The notes under the pieces: model-generated
Database searches by the model: none
What the model was told of the DNA's origin: nothing
What the model saw: the letters and a program-made list of their open reading frames with translations, nothing else
Shown: piece by piece, positions 9,767 to 18,009 of the stretch
Numbering within the stretch: position 1 is the stretch's first letter
Layout: every line of letters starts with the position of its first letter
Translations under genes and position numbers: made by a program
Source: an uncultured Bdellovibrionales bacterium
GTDB lineage: Bacteria > Patescibacteriota > Minisyncoccia > Moranbacterales > UBA11712
Reading direction: 5' to 3'
NCBI GenBank assembly: GCA_964519445.1
Contig: CAZFIH010000004.1
Coordinates: 1 to 35,067, forward strand
Length of the DNA stretch: 35,067 nucleotides

Positions 9767-11158
9767 CTAATCCAGCTCCTCTTCAAAAACAGCTTTAGTC
9801 AGCGGACCGACATAACCCGTTGAAGGCAAATTATGTTCTTTTTGAAACTCAATCACCGCGTTGGTGGTAATTGGGCCATAATATCCGGTAAGATATTTTT
9901 CTTCCAAAAATCCGGTTGAATTGAGCGCTTTTTGGATATTGACAGTGCCTTCTTCCGTGTTCGAGTCAAAGTCATCGCCGGTCATTTTTCCGTATTTTAT
10001 GTTATCCAAGTTTATCTTTTTCTTGGCTTTTTCCCTATCCGTATCCGGATTAGTGACGCTCACCGTCCTCTTGTGATCGGTTTTCACCTTGAGCAAGTCT
10101 GCCAAGCAAAACTTGGCCTCAAGTTCCCGTTTGGATTTCTTCTCTACTGAAAAAGCTTTTGTTCCCCCAATTTTCACCTTGGAGTTCTTTTTGAAGTGAT
10201 TCCCCTTTATTTCCAAAACAACTCTTGTCTTGCAGGAAACTCCGTTGTTATTGTCGTACTGATAGGCTTTCCAGCTCTTGATGTCGGCTTCTTCGTCATC
10301 ATCGTCATCGTCATTATCAACATCCCCCTCTTCGGTCTCCGCAATGCTGTTGTATTGGCTCACCGCAAAATATGAGGCATGGGATGTTTCAAAAGAACAA
10401 CTTCCTCCCACTACAGTGCAATAGGCATCCATCGGCTCCCAGCCGTCGTCTCCGCCGTCGCTTCGCCAGAAGATATTGAGCGTTTCGCCGTCGTATCCCG
10501 AACCGACATCAAAGGCAATGGTGACATCATTGGAAAAAGTCAGATCAACATTTGGTATCCCGAAGCGAAGTTTCCTGATTATCCTCTCGTTATTCGGATC
10601 TACGCCTTCAGCGTACCATTCACTGATATCGAATTCACCGCCGCCCGTCTTCGTGACATTCGTTCCCGCTGCGAAGCTAAGGGAAAAATGTTCTTCCTCG
10701 GAGGCATAAGAATAGTCAGCGGGAAATACTATCAAGGAGGTTGACAAACTGGCTTCGTCGCTCTCGTAGTAGATTTCTATGGGATAATCGTCGCTAACGT
10801 AGACCGCGGAGGAGTCGGAATACACGTCACCGCCAATAACAGATGCAGCCCCAACAGCGTGAAATCCGTCCGGTAACGCTTCGCCCGGCTCCAATTGCAA
10901 GCTCCAGCTCCCGTCTCCGGCAACCGTTGCTTCCCGATCCACGTATCCAATAATCACCACGGAAACAGAGACGCCGGGATCACTCACCGTTCCCCTGATT
11001 ACGGGAGTATTATCCGAAGTCAACAAATAATATACAGTGACAGAAGGAGAATCAGCTTTGGCTGTGGAAGAAAAAAAGAGAAACGCAAAAGCGGATAAAA
11101 GTACAGCTAAGAAGATGATTTTTTTATTTCCGGTTTCTTTGTGAATATTTTTTCTCAT
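9767..11158 (-). CDS. Secreted multidomain surface protein: Ig-like, acidic linker, IPT/TIG-like and C-terminal peptidoglycan-binding domain
   Basis: Signal peptide (…STAKA); TSDNTPVIRGT Ig-like motif; poly-Asp linker; IKGNHF TIG-like; GYYGPITTNAVIEFQKEHNLPSTGYVGPLT is PG_binding_1-like. Confidence 0.8.
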   Translation of the reverse strand: MRKNIHKETGNKKIIFLAVLLSAFAFLFFSSTAKADSPSVTVYYLLTSDNTPVIRGTVSDPGVSVSVVIIGYVDREATVAGDGSWSLQLEPGEALPDGFHAVGAASVIGGDVYSDSSAVYVSDDYPIEIYYESDEASLSTSLIVFPADYSYASEEEHFSLSFAAGTNVTKTGGGEFDISEWYAEGVDPNNERIIRKLRFGIPNVDLTFSNDVTIAFDVGSGYDGETLNIFWRSDGGDDGWEPMDAYCTVVGGSCSFETSHASYFAVSQYNSIAETEEGDVDNDDDDDDEEADIKSWKAYQYDNNNGVSCKTRVVLEIKGNHFKKNSKVKIGGTKAFSVEKKSKRELEAKFCLADLLKVKTDHKRTVSVTNPDTDREKAKKKINLDNIKYGKMTGDDFDSNTEEGTVNIQKALNSTGFLEEKYLTGYYGPITTNAVIEFQKEHNLPSTGYVGPLTKAVFEEELD

Positions 11159-11199
11159 TTTTTTGTGAATATGAAATAAATGTGTTTAATTCTGCCTCT

Positions 11200-11598
11200 C
11201 TATTCTTCATTCCATATCGCGATTATTTCACCCCCTGAAACTTCCGTGGTTTCATCCCCCCGGTTATCACGCCCAATGCGATAAAAAACTTCTCCATTTT
11301 TCTGAAATCGATCCTTGATGCGGTAAATTTTGGCTGTGCCGCCTTCTTTGAACACTATAACTGTTCCTGCCGGCAAATTCTCCTTGTCTTCCACGCATTG
11401 ATTGAATACCATTCGTGACCCCGACTCGAAAGCCGGCTCCATAGAATCACCGCCGATTGCCACGGGATAGGCGCAACTGATATCGCCTACGACAGGCATA
11501 GATTGGAACGCCGTGACCCCAAAAAAACGGCCGGCAATAAAAATGCCGGCAACCGCCAAAACAACAACTGTTATGATTATACTCAATATTTTTTTCAT
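11200..11598 (-). CDS. Signal peptidase I (S26)-like protein, divergent
   Basis: TM anchor, GDSMEP serine box and GRDNR box. The general-base position reads KIYRI. Confidence 0.6.
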   Translation of the reverse strand: MKKILSIIITVVVLAVAGIFIAGRFFGVTAFQSMPVVGDISCAYPVAIGGDSMEPAFESGSRMVFNQCVEDKENLPAGTVIVFKEGGTAKIYRIKDRFQKNGEVFYRIGRDNRGDETTEVSGGEIIAIWNEE

Positions 11599-11654
11599 TT
11601 TTTCATATTTTAACATGCTTAGGGATACAAAACAATAATATTGAATTTATAATC

Positions 11655-11683
11655 CAAAAAACACCTTATAAAAGGCATTTTGG
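11655..11683 (-). terminator. Putative terminator
   Basis: CCAAAATGCCTT-TTAT-AAGGTGTTTTTTGG hairpin downstream of the DUF456 gene; resembles 9710-9733. Confidence 0.6.
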
Positions 11684-11706
11684 AGACATATATCGGAGGC
11701 ATTTGA

Positions 11707-12183
11707 CTAGACCAGCTTAGCGAAAAAGTAGATGGCCGCGGCCGCGGAGTAGGCTGTTTGAAGGACAATCATCATTATGCTACCCAGAACTACTCCTATT
11801 CCTGCTTTAAGCGCCTCGTTTCCGATTTTTCCTGCCGAGTATTCCCCCGCCACCGCTCCGATGAACGCCCCGATAAAAATTCCCATAGGAGGAAAGAAGA
11901 TTATTCCAATGAGCGCTCCAATGATGGCACCGTAGGTTCCTTTTTTGGTTGAGCCGGCGAATTTGGCGCCCAGAATTGGAGCGAGATAATCAGCGATTGT
12001 GAGAAGAACAACTAAGGTTCCGAAAATTATCAGGTGATATGCAGGTATTTCGTTAGAACCTTTTTCAATAAAAAGCAAAACGATCCCCGCGAAACTCAAA
12101 ATCGGCCCCGGAAAAGCCGGCAGAATGCTTCCGACGATTCCGAGAACCACCAGAATCGATCCAATGATAGAAAGTGTTTCCAT
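11707..12183 (-). CDS. DUF456 (YqgC-like) membrane protein
   Basis: GSILPAFPG, GAKFAGST, GAIIGALIG and GIFIGAFIGAVAGE pattern. Start at METLS. Confidence 0.85.
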   Translation of the reverse strand: METLSIIGSILVVLGIVGSILPAFPGPILSFAGIVLLFIEKGSNEIPAYHLIIFGTLVVLLTIADYLAPILGAKFAGSTKKGTYGAIIGALIGIIFFPPMGIFIGAFIGAVAGEYSAGKIGNEALKAGIGVVLGSIMMIVLQTAYSAAAAIYFFAKLV

Positions 12184-12275
12184 ATCTTTCAAATATATTT
12201 TAACTCTAATACTCAAAATGGGCTAATTCGAGTTGGCCGATTATTTCCCAATAAACAATTCTCAGCGCGATATTA

Positions 12276-12299
12276 AGTAACGTACCATGGTACGTTACT
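12276..12299. repeat. Perfect 24-bp palindrome
   Basis: AGTAACGTACCATGGTACGTTACT is its own reverse complement. Confidence 0.9.
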
Positions 12300-12363
12300 C
12301 CAAAAACAACCTTAGCCTGCGCCGTCGAATGAGCGGGATTAAGCGGAGTTGCTGAAATAAAAA

Positions 12364-12431
12364 TCTCCCTGGAAAATTTACCCGTTCACTTTCCGCGAAA
12401 AAGTGACTTCGGGGAGGTGATTCGTGGGAGA
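12364..12431. repeat. Structured intergenic repeat, copy A
   Basis: TCTCCC…CCCG-TT-CACTTT-loop-AAAGTG-ACTT-CGGG…GGGAGA nested hairpin; homologous to 20945-20993 and 22100-22159. Confidence 0.75.
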
Positions 12432-12443
12432 AGCACAGATTAT

Positions 12444-12887
12444 CTATTCACTTGGTCTGATTTGGATATTTTCAGCTGTTATGCTTCCGTCCTGATTAGC
12501 TTTTCCGTTAATCATTAACTCCTTTCCATTCTCCAAATCACCTGATGTTCCGTCGGTCGTCTTGCCAATCTGGGTGGAATCAGAAAAATAGATGATTTTT
12601 GAACCGCCGTCTCTGGTCTTGATGGTAACGCTATTGTCATCTTTGAAAATTATTTCGCCTGCGATAAACTGCCCGTTTTCACCATTGCGGCCCAGTCCGC
12701 CAGGCATTGCTCCGGGCGAGGTGCCATTTTGGCCTTTTCCTTGAATCATTCTGTCATCTGAATTCCGCATCTTGGATGCTTTCTGGTTTTCCTGCTGTTT
12801 TTTCTCAAATACCGTACCTCCGTAAAAAGCTCCCGTCCCAATAACGATTCCAGCGATAATCACGATTGTCAATGTCTGTTTTTTCAT
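12444..12887 (-). CDS. Hypothetical membrane-anchored protein (DUF5666-like OB fold)
   Basis: TM helix with FYGG, Gly-rich linker, then GEII…SVTIKTRDG…DSTQI…DL…GKANQDGSITAENIQI. Confidence 0.7.
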   Translation of the reverse strand: MKKQTLTIVIIAGIVIGTGAFYGGTVFEKKQQENQKASKMRNSDDRMIQGKGQNGTSPGAMPGGLGRNGENGQFIAGEIIFKDDNSVTIKTRDGGSKIIYFSDSTQIGKTTDGTSGDLENGKELMINGKANQDGSITAENIQIRPSE

Positions 12888-12906
12888 ATTACTCGAAATT
12901 TAATTA

Positions 12907-12960
12907 TTACTCGTATCTCAAAGCCTCAATGGGACTCAAGCTAGCCGCACGTCTTGCGGG
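12907..12960 (-). pseudogene. Orphan 3' end of a second MacB-like permease
   Basis: Translates as PARRAASLSPIEALRYE*, versus [17 protein letters not shown] at the end of the intact gene 56 nt upstream. Confidence 0.85.
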
Positions 12961-13016
12961 ACCCGCCTGTCTCGCTTAGGCCGCACTTCTTCAAAAACTT
13001 TCAATGGTTTCAGGGC

Positions 13017-14237
13017 TTATTCATATCTCAAGGCGTCTATCGGATTCATCGCTGCGGCTTTGCGGGCAGGATAAAATCCGAAAACAATTCCAACCACAGC
13101 CGAAACACCGAACGCCAGCAAAACAGCGGAAAGGGAGATTTCGGTTGCGAGGCTTTCGACGAAATGCGTGACTGTCATTGAAGCCAGCCAACCCAAAATT
13201 ATTCCGAAGAATCCTCCAAGAAAAGTCAATGCCACCGCTTCAGCCAAAAATTGCAAATTGATATAGGTTTTTTTTATACCCACCGCTTTTCGGAGTCCTA
13301 TCTCTCTGGTTCTTTCGGTAACCGTTGTCAGCATCATATTCATAATTCCAATGCCGCCGACTAAAAGCGAAATGCCGGCAATTGAAGAAAGCAAAACGGT
13401 GAATGTTCCCGTTATGCTCGTGGCAGTGGCGATAATGTCGTTTTGGTTCATTATATTGAAATCCGCCTGTGCCGGATCCGAAATTTTGTGTCTCATAAGC
13501 AAAAGCTCGGTAATCTGCTCTTGAACCGATGCCATTATGTTTTGGTCCGTCGCCGCAATGCTGATGTTACTCAAAAATTGACTGCCTGAAAGATAATGCT
13601 GAAAGCTGCTGATGGGAACATAGACCATATCATCCGGGTTTGAAAAACCACTTCCGCCCTTTGCTTCGATAATCCCGACAACCTTGAATTCGATATTGTT
13701 TATTTTAATGCTCCCGCCGACTGGATTAGCGTTTCCTCCAAACAAATCGTCTCTTGTTGCAGCACCCAAAACCGCCACTTTCGCCGAAATCTTAGTCTGG
13801 CTTTCCGAAAAAAAACTGCCGATTCCCATCTGAATATTTCTTGTGGTCATATAATCTCCAACTGTGCCGACAACTTGAGTGTTGGTGTTGCTTCCTTCGG
13901 CGGTCACCTGATAGCGGCTGGATTGTTCGGGAGCGACCGCTTTTATGCCTTGAACCCGGTTTCTGACAGCTTCGGCGTCTTCTATTGTCAGCGTTTGGGA
14001 ACTTCCTCTTCCTTGGCTGATTCCGCCTCCGCCCCTTTGAGTGCCTGGCATTACCGTAATTAAATTGGAACCGATTGATTCAACTTTCTCCTGGATAGAA
14101 TTTTTGGCTCCTTGGCCTATGGCAACCATTGTTATCACCGACGCTATACCGATAACAATACCAAGGATAGTGAGTCCGGATCTGACTTTGTTTCCCGAAA
14201 GTGTCCAAAAAATTTCTTTTATCAAATCTATAATCAT
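13017..14237 (-). CDS. MacB/YknZ-like ABC transporter permease
   Basis: [12 protein letters not shown], periplasmic core, [34 protein letters not shown]. Confidence 0.93.
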   Translation of the reverse strand: [406 protein letters not shown]

Positions 14238-14911
14238 TTTTTTATGTCTTTTTCAACTAAACCGTCACGGATGCTGATAATTCTTCTGGCGTATTTGGCA
14301 ACTTCGTCTTCGTGAGTGATGAGCACAATCGTATGTCCTTTATTGTTCAATTCTTGAAATGTCTTCATTACAATTTGTCCTGTCTTCGTGTCCAAATTTC
14401 CCGTCGGTTCATCCGCCAAAATTATGGACGGATCATTGATTAAGGCTCTCGCAATGGCAACTCTTTGCATCTGTCCGCCGGAAAGCTGGTTGGAGAGATT
14501 TCCGAATTTGTCTTTTTCCACTGCGGCATATTCCAGAGCTTTTTGGGCTCTTGACTCCCTTTCTTTTTTGGAAATGCCGCTGTAAAGAAGCGGAAGCATC
14601 ACATTGCGAAGGACCGTCGTTCTGGGAAGCAGATTATAAGATTGAAAAACAAACCCGATCTTATTTCTCCGCAAATTGGAAAGCCGGTCGTCGTCCATTT
14701 TAGAAACTTCTTTGCCATCCAAGAAATACTGCCCGACACTCGGAGTATCCAGTGCTCCAAGAATGTGCATCAGCGTTGATTTTCCGCTTCCCGAGGGACC
14801 GACAATGGCAACAAATTCGCCTTCATTTACCTTGAAAGAAACACCTTTGAGAGCTTTTGTTTCTACTTGACCGTTTTTGTATATTTTAACGATATCTCTG
14901 CATTCAATCAT
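14234..14911 (-). CDS. ABC transporter ATP-binding protein (MacB/LolD type)
   Basis: [35 protein letters not shown] and ITH motifs. Confidence 0.95.
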
Positions 14912-14928
14912 GTCATCATCTGAAATTT

Positions 14929-16122
14929 CTAAAGCTTCCCTCCGCCAGTTACTCCGGGAAGCTTCAAACTTCCCGATCCACCTGAATTTTGCGAAGTCGC
15001 ACTGTTGGAATCAATTGTTTGAATCACCACTTGTTCCCCAGTTTCGATGCCGCTTGTGATTTCCGTTTGGGTGTCGTTGCTTTGACCGATTTCCACCGCT
15101 TTTCGTTCGGGACTGGCTTGTCTGTCTTTGAGAACCTCCACGTAATTTTCGCTTTGGTCGCTTTTGACGGCGCTTGAGGAAACAATCAAAACACCCTGCT
15201 TGGTATCGGTTATGATGGAAGCGGTAACGCTCATCTGCGGCTTGATTTTTTCATCCAAAGTGTCAAAGCTGATGGTTACGTCATAACTGACCACGCCTTG
15301 CTCGACTTGTCCCAAAGCGTCTATTTTTTCCACTTTGCCCGAAACTGTCATCTCTTCCAGAGCGTCAAATTTCACCATTGCTTTTTGTCCAACAGAAATT
15401 CTGGCAACATCCACTTCGTTGACGGAAACGGATGCTTTTAGGGTTTCCAAATCCCCGATTATTATTGGCGCGTTGGTATCGCTTGTCCCCGAAGTGCGGC
15501 TCAAATCATCTCCGTTTTTGATATTTATTTCATTTATTGTTCCCGAAATCGGCGCAACAGCTTTTCTTTTCGCCGCATCCGCCTGGGCATTGCGGTAATC
15601 CGCCAATGCCGTGTCCGCGTTCATCCGAGCTTGGACGATTTTAGATTCAGCCAAATCAATTTTGTCTTTCAAAACTCCTTTCTCTTTTTTTGTGTAAGCA
15701 TCATCGTCCTCGTCGTCTTCGTCTTTGGCTTTCTCGTAGGTCGCTTCGGCATTGTCCTTGTCAATTTCCGCCGATTGCAGTGAATTTTTAGCGGACTCAT
15801 AGGAGGCCGCCGCTCTTGAAACACTTACGGAAAGTTCATCGTTAACGATATTGAAAAGAAATTGACCTTCAGTCACCTGGTCCCCGACTTCAACCGCAAG
15901 ACCCGAAACGGTGCCGGTGATGGTCGGGTCAACCGTTTCCTGCTGGTCAACCACCACGTTGCCGCTGGCGGAAATAGAACTAATCAGCGTGCCCTTTTCG
16001 GCGGTTTCGGTTATGTATTGAACTTCGTCCGACGATGAATTTGATTTATGCCGCCAAAAATAAAATCCCCCGATTATTATCAGCAAGCCAATCGCCGCCC
16101 AGACGTATTTTTTCTTCTTCAT
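14929..16122 (-). CDS. Periplasmic adaptor / membrane fusion protein (MacA/YknX-like)
   Basis: N-terminal TM, split lipoyl-like halves (VEVGDQV…APISGTI), coiled coil, VNEVDV…GQ. Confidence 0.9.
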   Translation of the reverse strand: MKKKKYVWAAIGLLIIIGGFYFWRHKSNSSSDEVQYITETAEKGTLISSISASGNVVVDQQETVDPTITGTVSGLAVEVGDQVTEGQFLFNIVNDELSVSVSRAAASYESAKNSLQSAEIDKDNAEATYEKAKDEDDEDDDAYTKKEKGVLKDKIDLAESKIVQARMNADTALADYRNAQADAAKRKAVAPISGTINEINIKNGDDLSRTSGTSDTNAPIIIGDLETLKASVSVNEVDVARISVGQKAMVKFDALEEMTVSGKVEKIDALGQVEQGVVSYDVTISFDTLDEKIKPQMSVTASIITDTKQGVLIVSSSAVKSDQSENYVEVLKDRQASPERKAVEIGQSNDTQTEITSGIETGEQVVIQTIDSNSATSQNSGGSGSLKLPGVTGGGKL

Positions 16123-16127
16123 TTAGT

Positions 16128-16625
16128 TCAATTTTGGATAGAATTAACTTCAAGCGGAGCCTCGAATATCCGAATGAGTATCGCTTTCACCACTCCGCTT
16201 TCATCGGGCTTTCCCATTACCACAACTCTCTCGTCTGTTTTTATATCACCGATGCTTAGCTCGTCGGAGCGTCTTTTTTTGATGATGGTCTCGCTCGTCA
16301 CTTCCGCGGTGTTCTCCTTTCCGTCCCTGTCTTTGACTATCAGCTTGTTATCGGCGATTGAAATAACCGTACCGGCCATACCGAAGCCGTTTCGAAAATC
16401 ATCGCCTTCAAAATTTCGCATCATTGGTCCTAAAGACCCGGAACGGGGGAAAGACGGACGAGAACCCGCAAAATTCCGTTCATAGTTTTCTCCCCATTTG
16501 TAGGAATATCTGGCTTTGTGAAAGCCGATTTTGATTCCCACAGCCAGCGTGCCAGCCAGAATTAAAATAATCCCGACTGCGATGGTGGCAATTTTCAGCT
16601 CTTTGGATTGGAAAAAATTTTTCAT
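16128..16625 (-). CDS. Hypothetical membrane-anchored protein (DUF5666-like)
   Basis: Single TM, then GTVISI…VTSETII…DIKTDERVVVMGKP…AILIRI. Same fold pattern as 12444-12887. Confidence 0.7.
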   Translation of the reverse strand: MKNFFQSKELKIATIAVGIILILAGTLAVGIKIGFHKARYSYKWGENYERNFAGSRPSFPRSGSLGPMMRNFEGDDFRNGFGMAGTVISIADNKLIVKDRDGKENTAEVTSETIIKKRRSDELSIGDIKTDERVVVMGKPDESGVVKAILIRIFEAPLEVNSIQN

Positions 16626-16642
16626 CGTGGTTTCTTATTGGG

Positions 16643-17062
16643 TTACATTGAGAACAAATTCGTGTTAAATCGATTGGGATAATTTCTGGCTTTAAGCAGA
16701 AAATTGAGGAATACGAGAGAAGCAAAAACAGGAAGCAATATGACAGCCAGACTCACAGCTGGGAAAGTTTCCACAAGTGATGGAAAGTAATAATTCCAAT
16801 GGCTAAAAACAATCATAGAGTCGGAAAACGCCAATGACGCCATTTCCCAAAAATCAGAGTTCCAAATGCGGCTTCCGAAATTCATTATTCCGTATCCCAT
16901 TGTCAAAAGAGAAAAAAGAAATCCGAAACAAGATAACGCCAGTTTCCATGCCGCTTTTCTTTTTTCCAGCCTGTTTATCTTAGACAAAATCAAACCCTCC
17001 AAATTATCATTCGGCTCTTTTTGCGAAATGTTTTTGAACGCTTGATAGAATTTATCGCTCAT
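16643..17062 (-). CDS. Putative membrane anti-sigma factor
   Basis: Directly follows the ECF sigma gene; short cytoplasmic N-terminus plus two TM helices. Confidence 0.6.
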   Translation of the reverse strand: MSDKFYQAFKNISQKEPNDNLEGLILSKINRLEKRKAAWKLALSCFGFLFSLLTMGYGIMNFGSRIWNSDFWEMASLAFSDSMIVFSHWNYYFPSLVETFPAVSLAVILLPVFASLVFLNFLLKARNYPNRFNTNLFSM

Positions 17063-17098
17063 ATTTATAAATACGAATGAGCCGCCTTTTCGGACACA

Positions 17099-17656
17099 CT
17101 ATTTTTTATCAAAGACTTTTTTAAGCTCCTTGAGGCCTCTTTGATGATAGACTTTTACGGTGTTATACGGCTTTCTGACAATTTCGGCAATTTCTTTCAA
17201 TGTAAAATCATCTTTATAGCGAAGTAAGAGAATAATGGAATATTTTTCTGGAATCTTTCTAATTTTGGTTTCAAGCTGTTTTTCCAAATCTTTAATCTCA
17301 GCCATCTTATCAGGCAAGACACAATCTTCGGCTATTTCTTCCAACTTATTGTTTTCGCCGTCCGCCTCAAAGCTGGAAAAGGGAATGGCCTTTTTCTTTT
17401 TGAAGTAGTCAAACGCGGAGTTTCTGGCAATCACAAACAGCCAAGTTTTGAAGCTTTTTGTTTTGTCAAACTTCTTGATATTTTTCCAGGCTTTTATGAA
17501 CGTGTCTTGCGTTAAATCTTCCGCCTGCGTCCGGTCTTTTGTAAGTTGATACGTAAAGTTATATATCGGTTTAAGATATTTTTTTACCAATTTTTCAAAA
17601 GTGGAGTTATCTCCGCTTAAGTATTCGTCAATTAGTTTTTTGTCTTCATCGTCCAT
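17099..17656 (-). CDS. ECF RNA polymerase sigma factor
   Basis: AEDLTQDTFIKAW, FKTWLFVIARN and LKEIAEIV…NTVK. Start at MDDEDK gives 185 aa. Confidence 0.93.
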   Translation of the reverse strand: MDDEDKKLIDEYLSGDNSTFEKLVKKYLKPIYNFTYQLTKDRTQAEDLTQDTFIKAWKNIKKFDKTKSFKTWLFVIARNSAFDYFKKKKAIPFSSFEADGENNKLEEIAEDCVLPDKMAEIKDLEKQLETKIRKIPEKYSIILLLRYKDDFTLKEIAEIVRKPYNTVKVYHQRGLKELKKVFDKK

Positions 17657-17671
17657 ATTTGGATTATACCA
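17657..17671 (-). promoter_or_regulatory. Extended -10 promoter (leaderless) of the ECF sigma gene
   Basis: TGGTATAAT followed by 6 nt and the ATG. Confidence 0.65.
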
Positions 17672-17682
17672 CAGCAAAGAGG

Positions 17683-17834
17683 AGCGGACTCCCAAAATCT
17701 CCCTCAAAACTTGCCCGTCCTTTGGCGGGTTTTGCCCTCCGAGACCCCGACGTAGGATGGGGATTTGTTTCATGGTAATAACACTCCGCAGAGTCGCGCC
17801 GCCACGAAACAGGCGAGAAAAGCGCCCTTGAGGG
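17683..17834. repeat. Structured intergenic repeat, copy C
   Basis: 27-mer AGCGGACTCCCAAAATCTCCCTCAAAA matches 34968-34994 at 26/27. Enclosing stem CCCTCAA/TTGAGGG, with internal hairpins. Confidence 0.75.
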
Positions 17835-18009
17835 TGTCCTATTTCGTCTGGGACAATCAAAAGTGCTCGCGTTCCGAATTTTCTTCGTTCTTTTTTTCGC
17901 ATCCGGGCGGACTCCTTCCGCCGCGCGCAATTTTTCTTTTCTCTTCGCCGGATATTTGCTATATTATATTGCAAGTAAGGCAAAAAAACGAAACTTCAAA
18001 CAAAAACCG

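Noticed and set aside
10290-10325. TCA/TCG trinucleotide-like run
   Set aside because: It encodes the poly-Asp linker with mixed codons; not a phase-variable tract.
17657-18009. Long N-terminal extensions of the ECF sigma (to 17983) and the antiporter (from 17863)
   Set aside because: They would overlap each other and run through hairpin repeats. Family-typical starts exist at 17656 (with a promoter immediately upstream) and at 18010.
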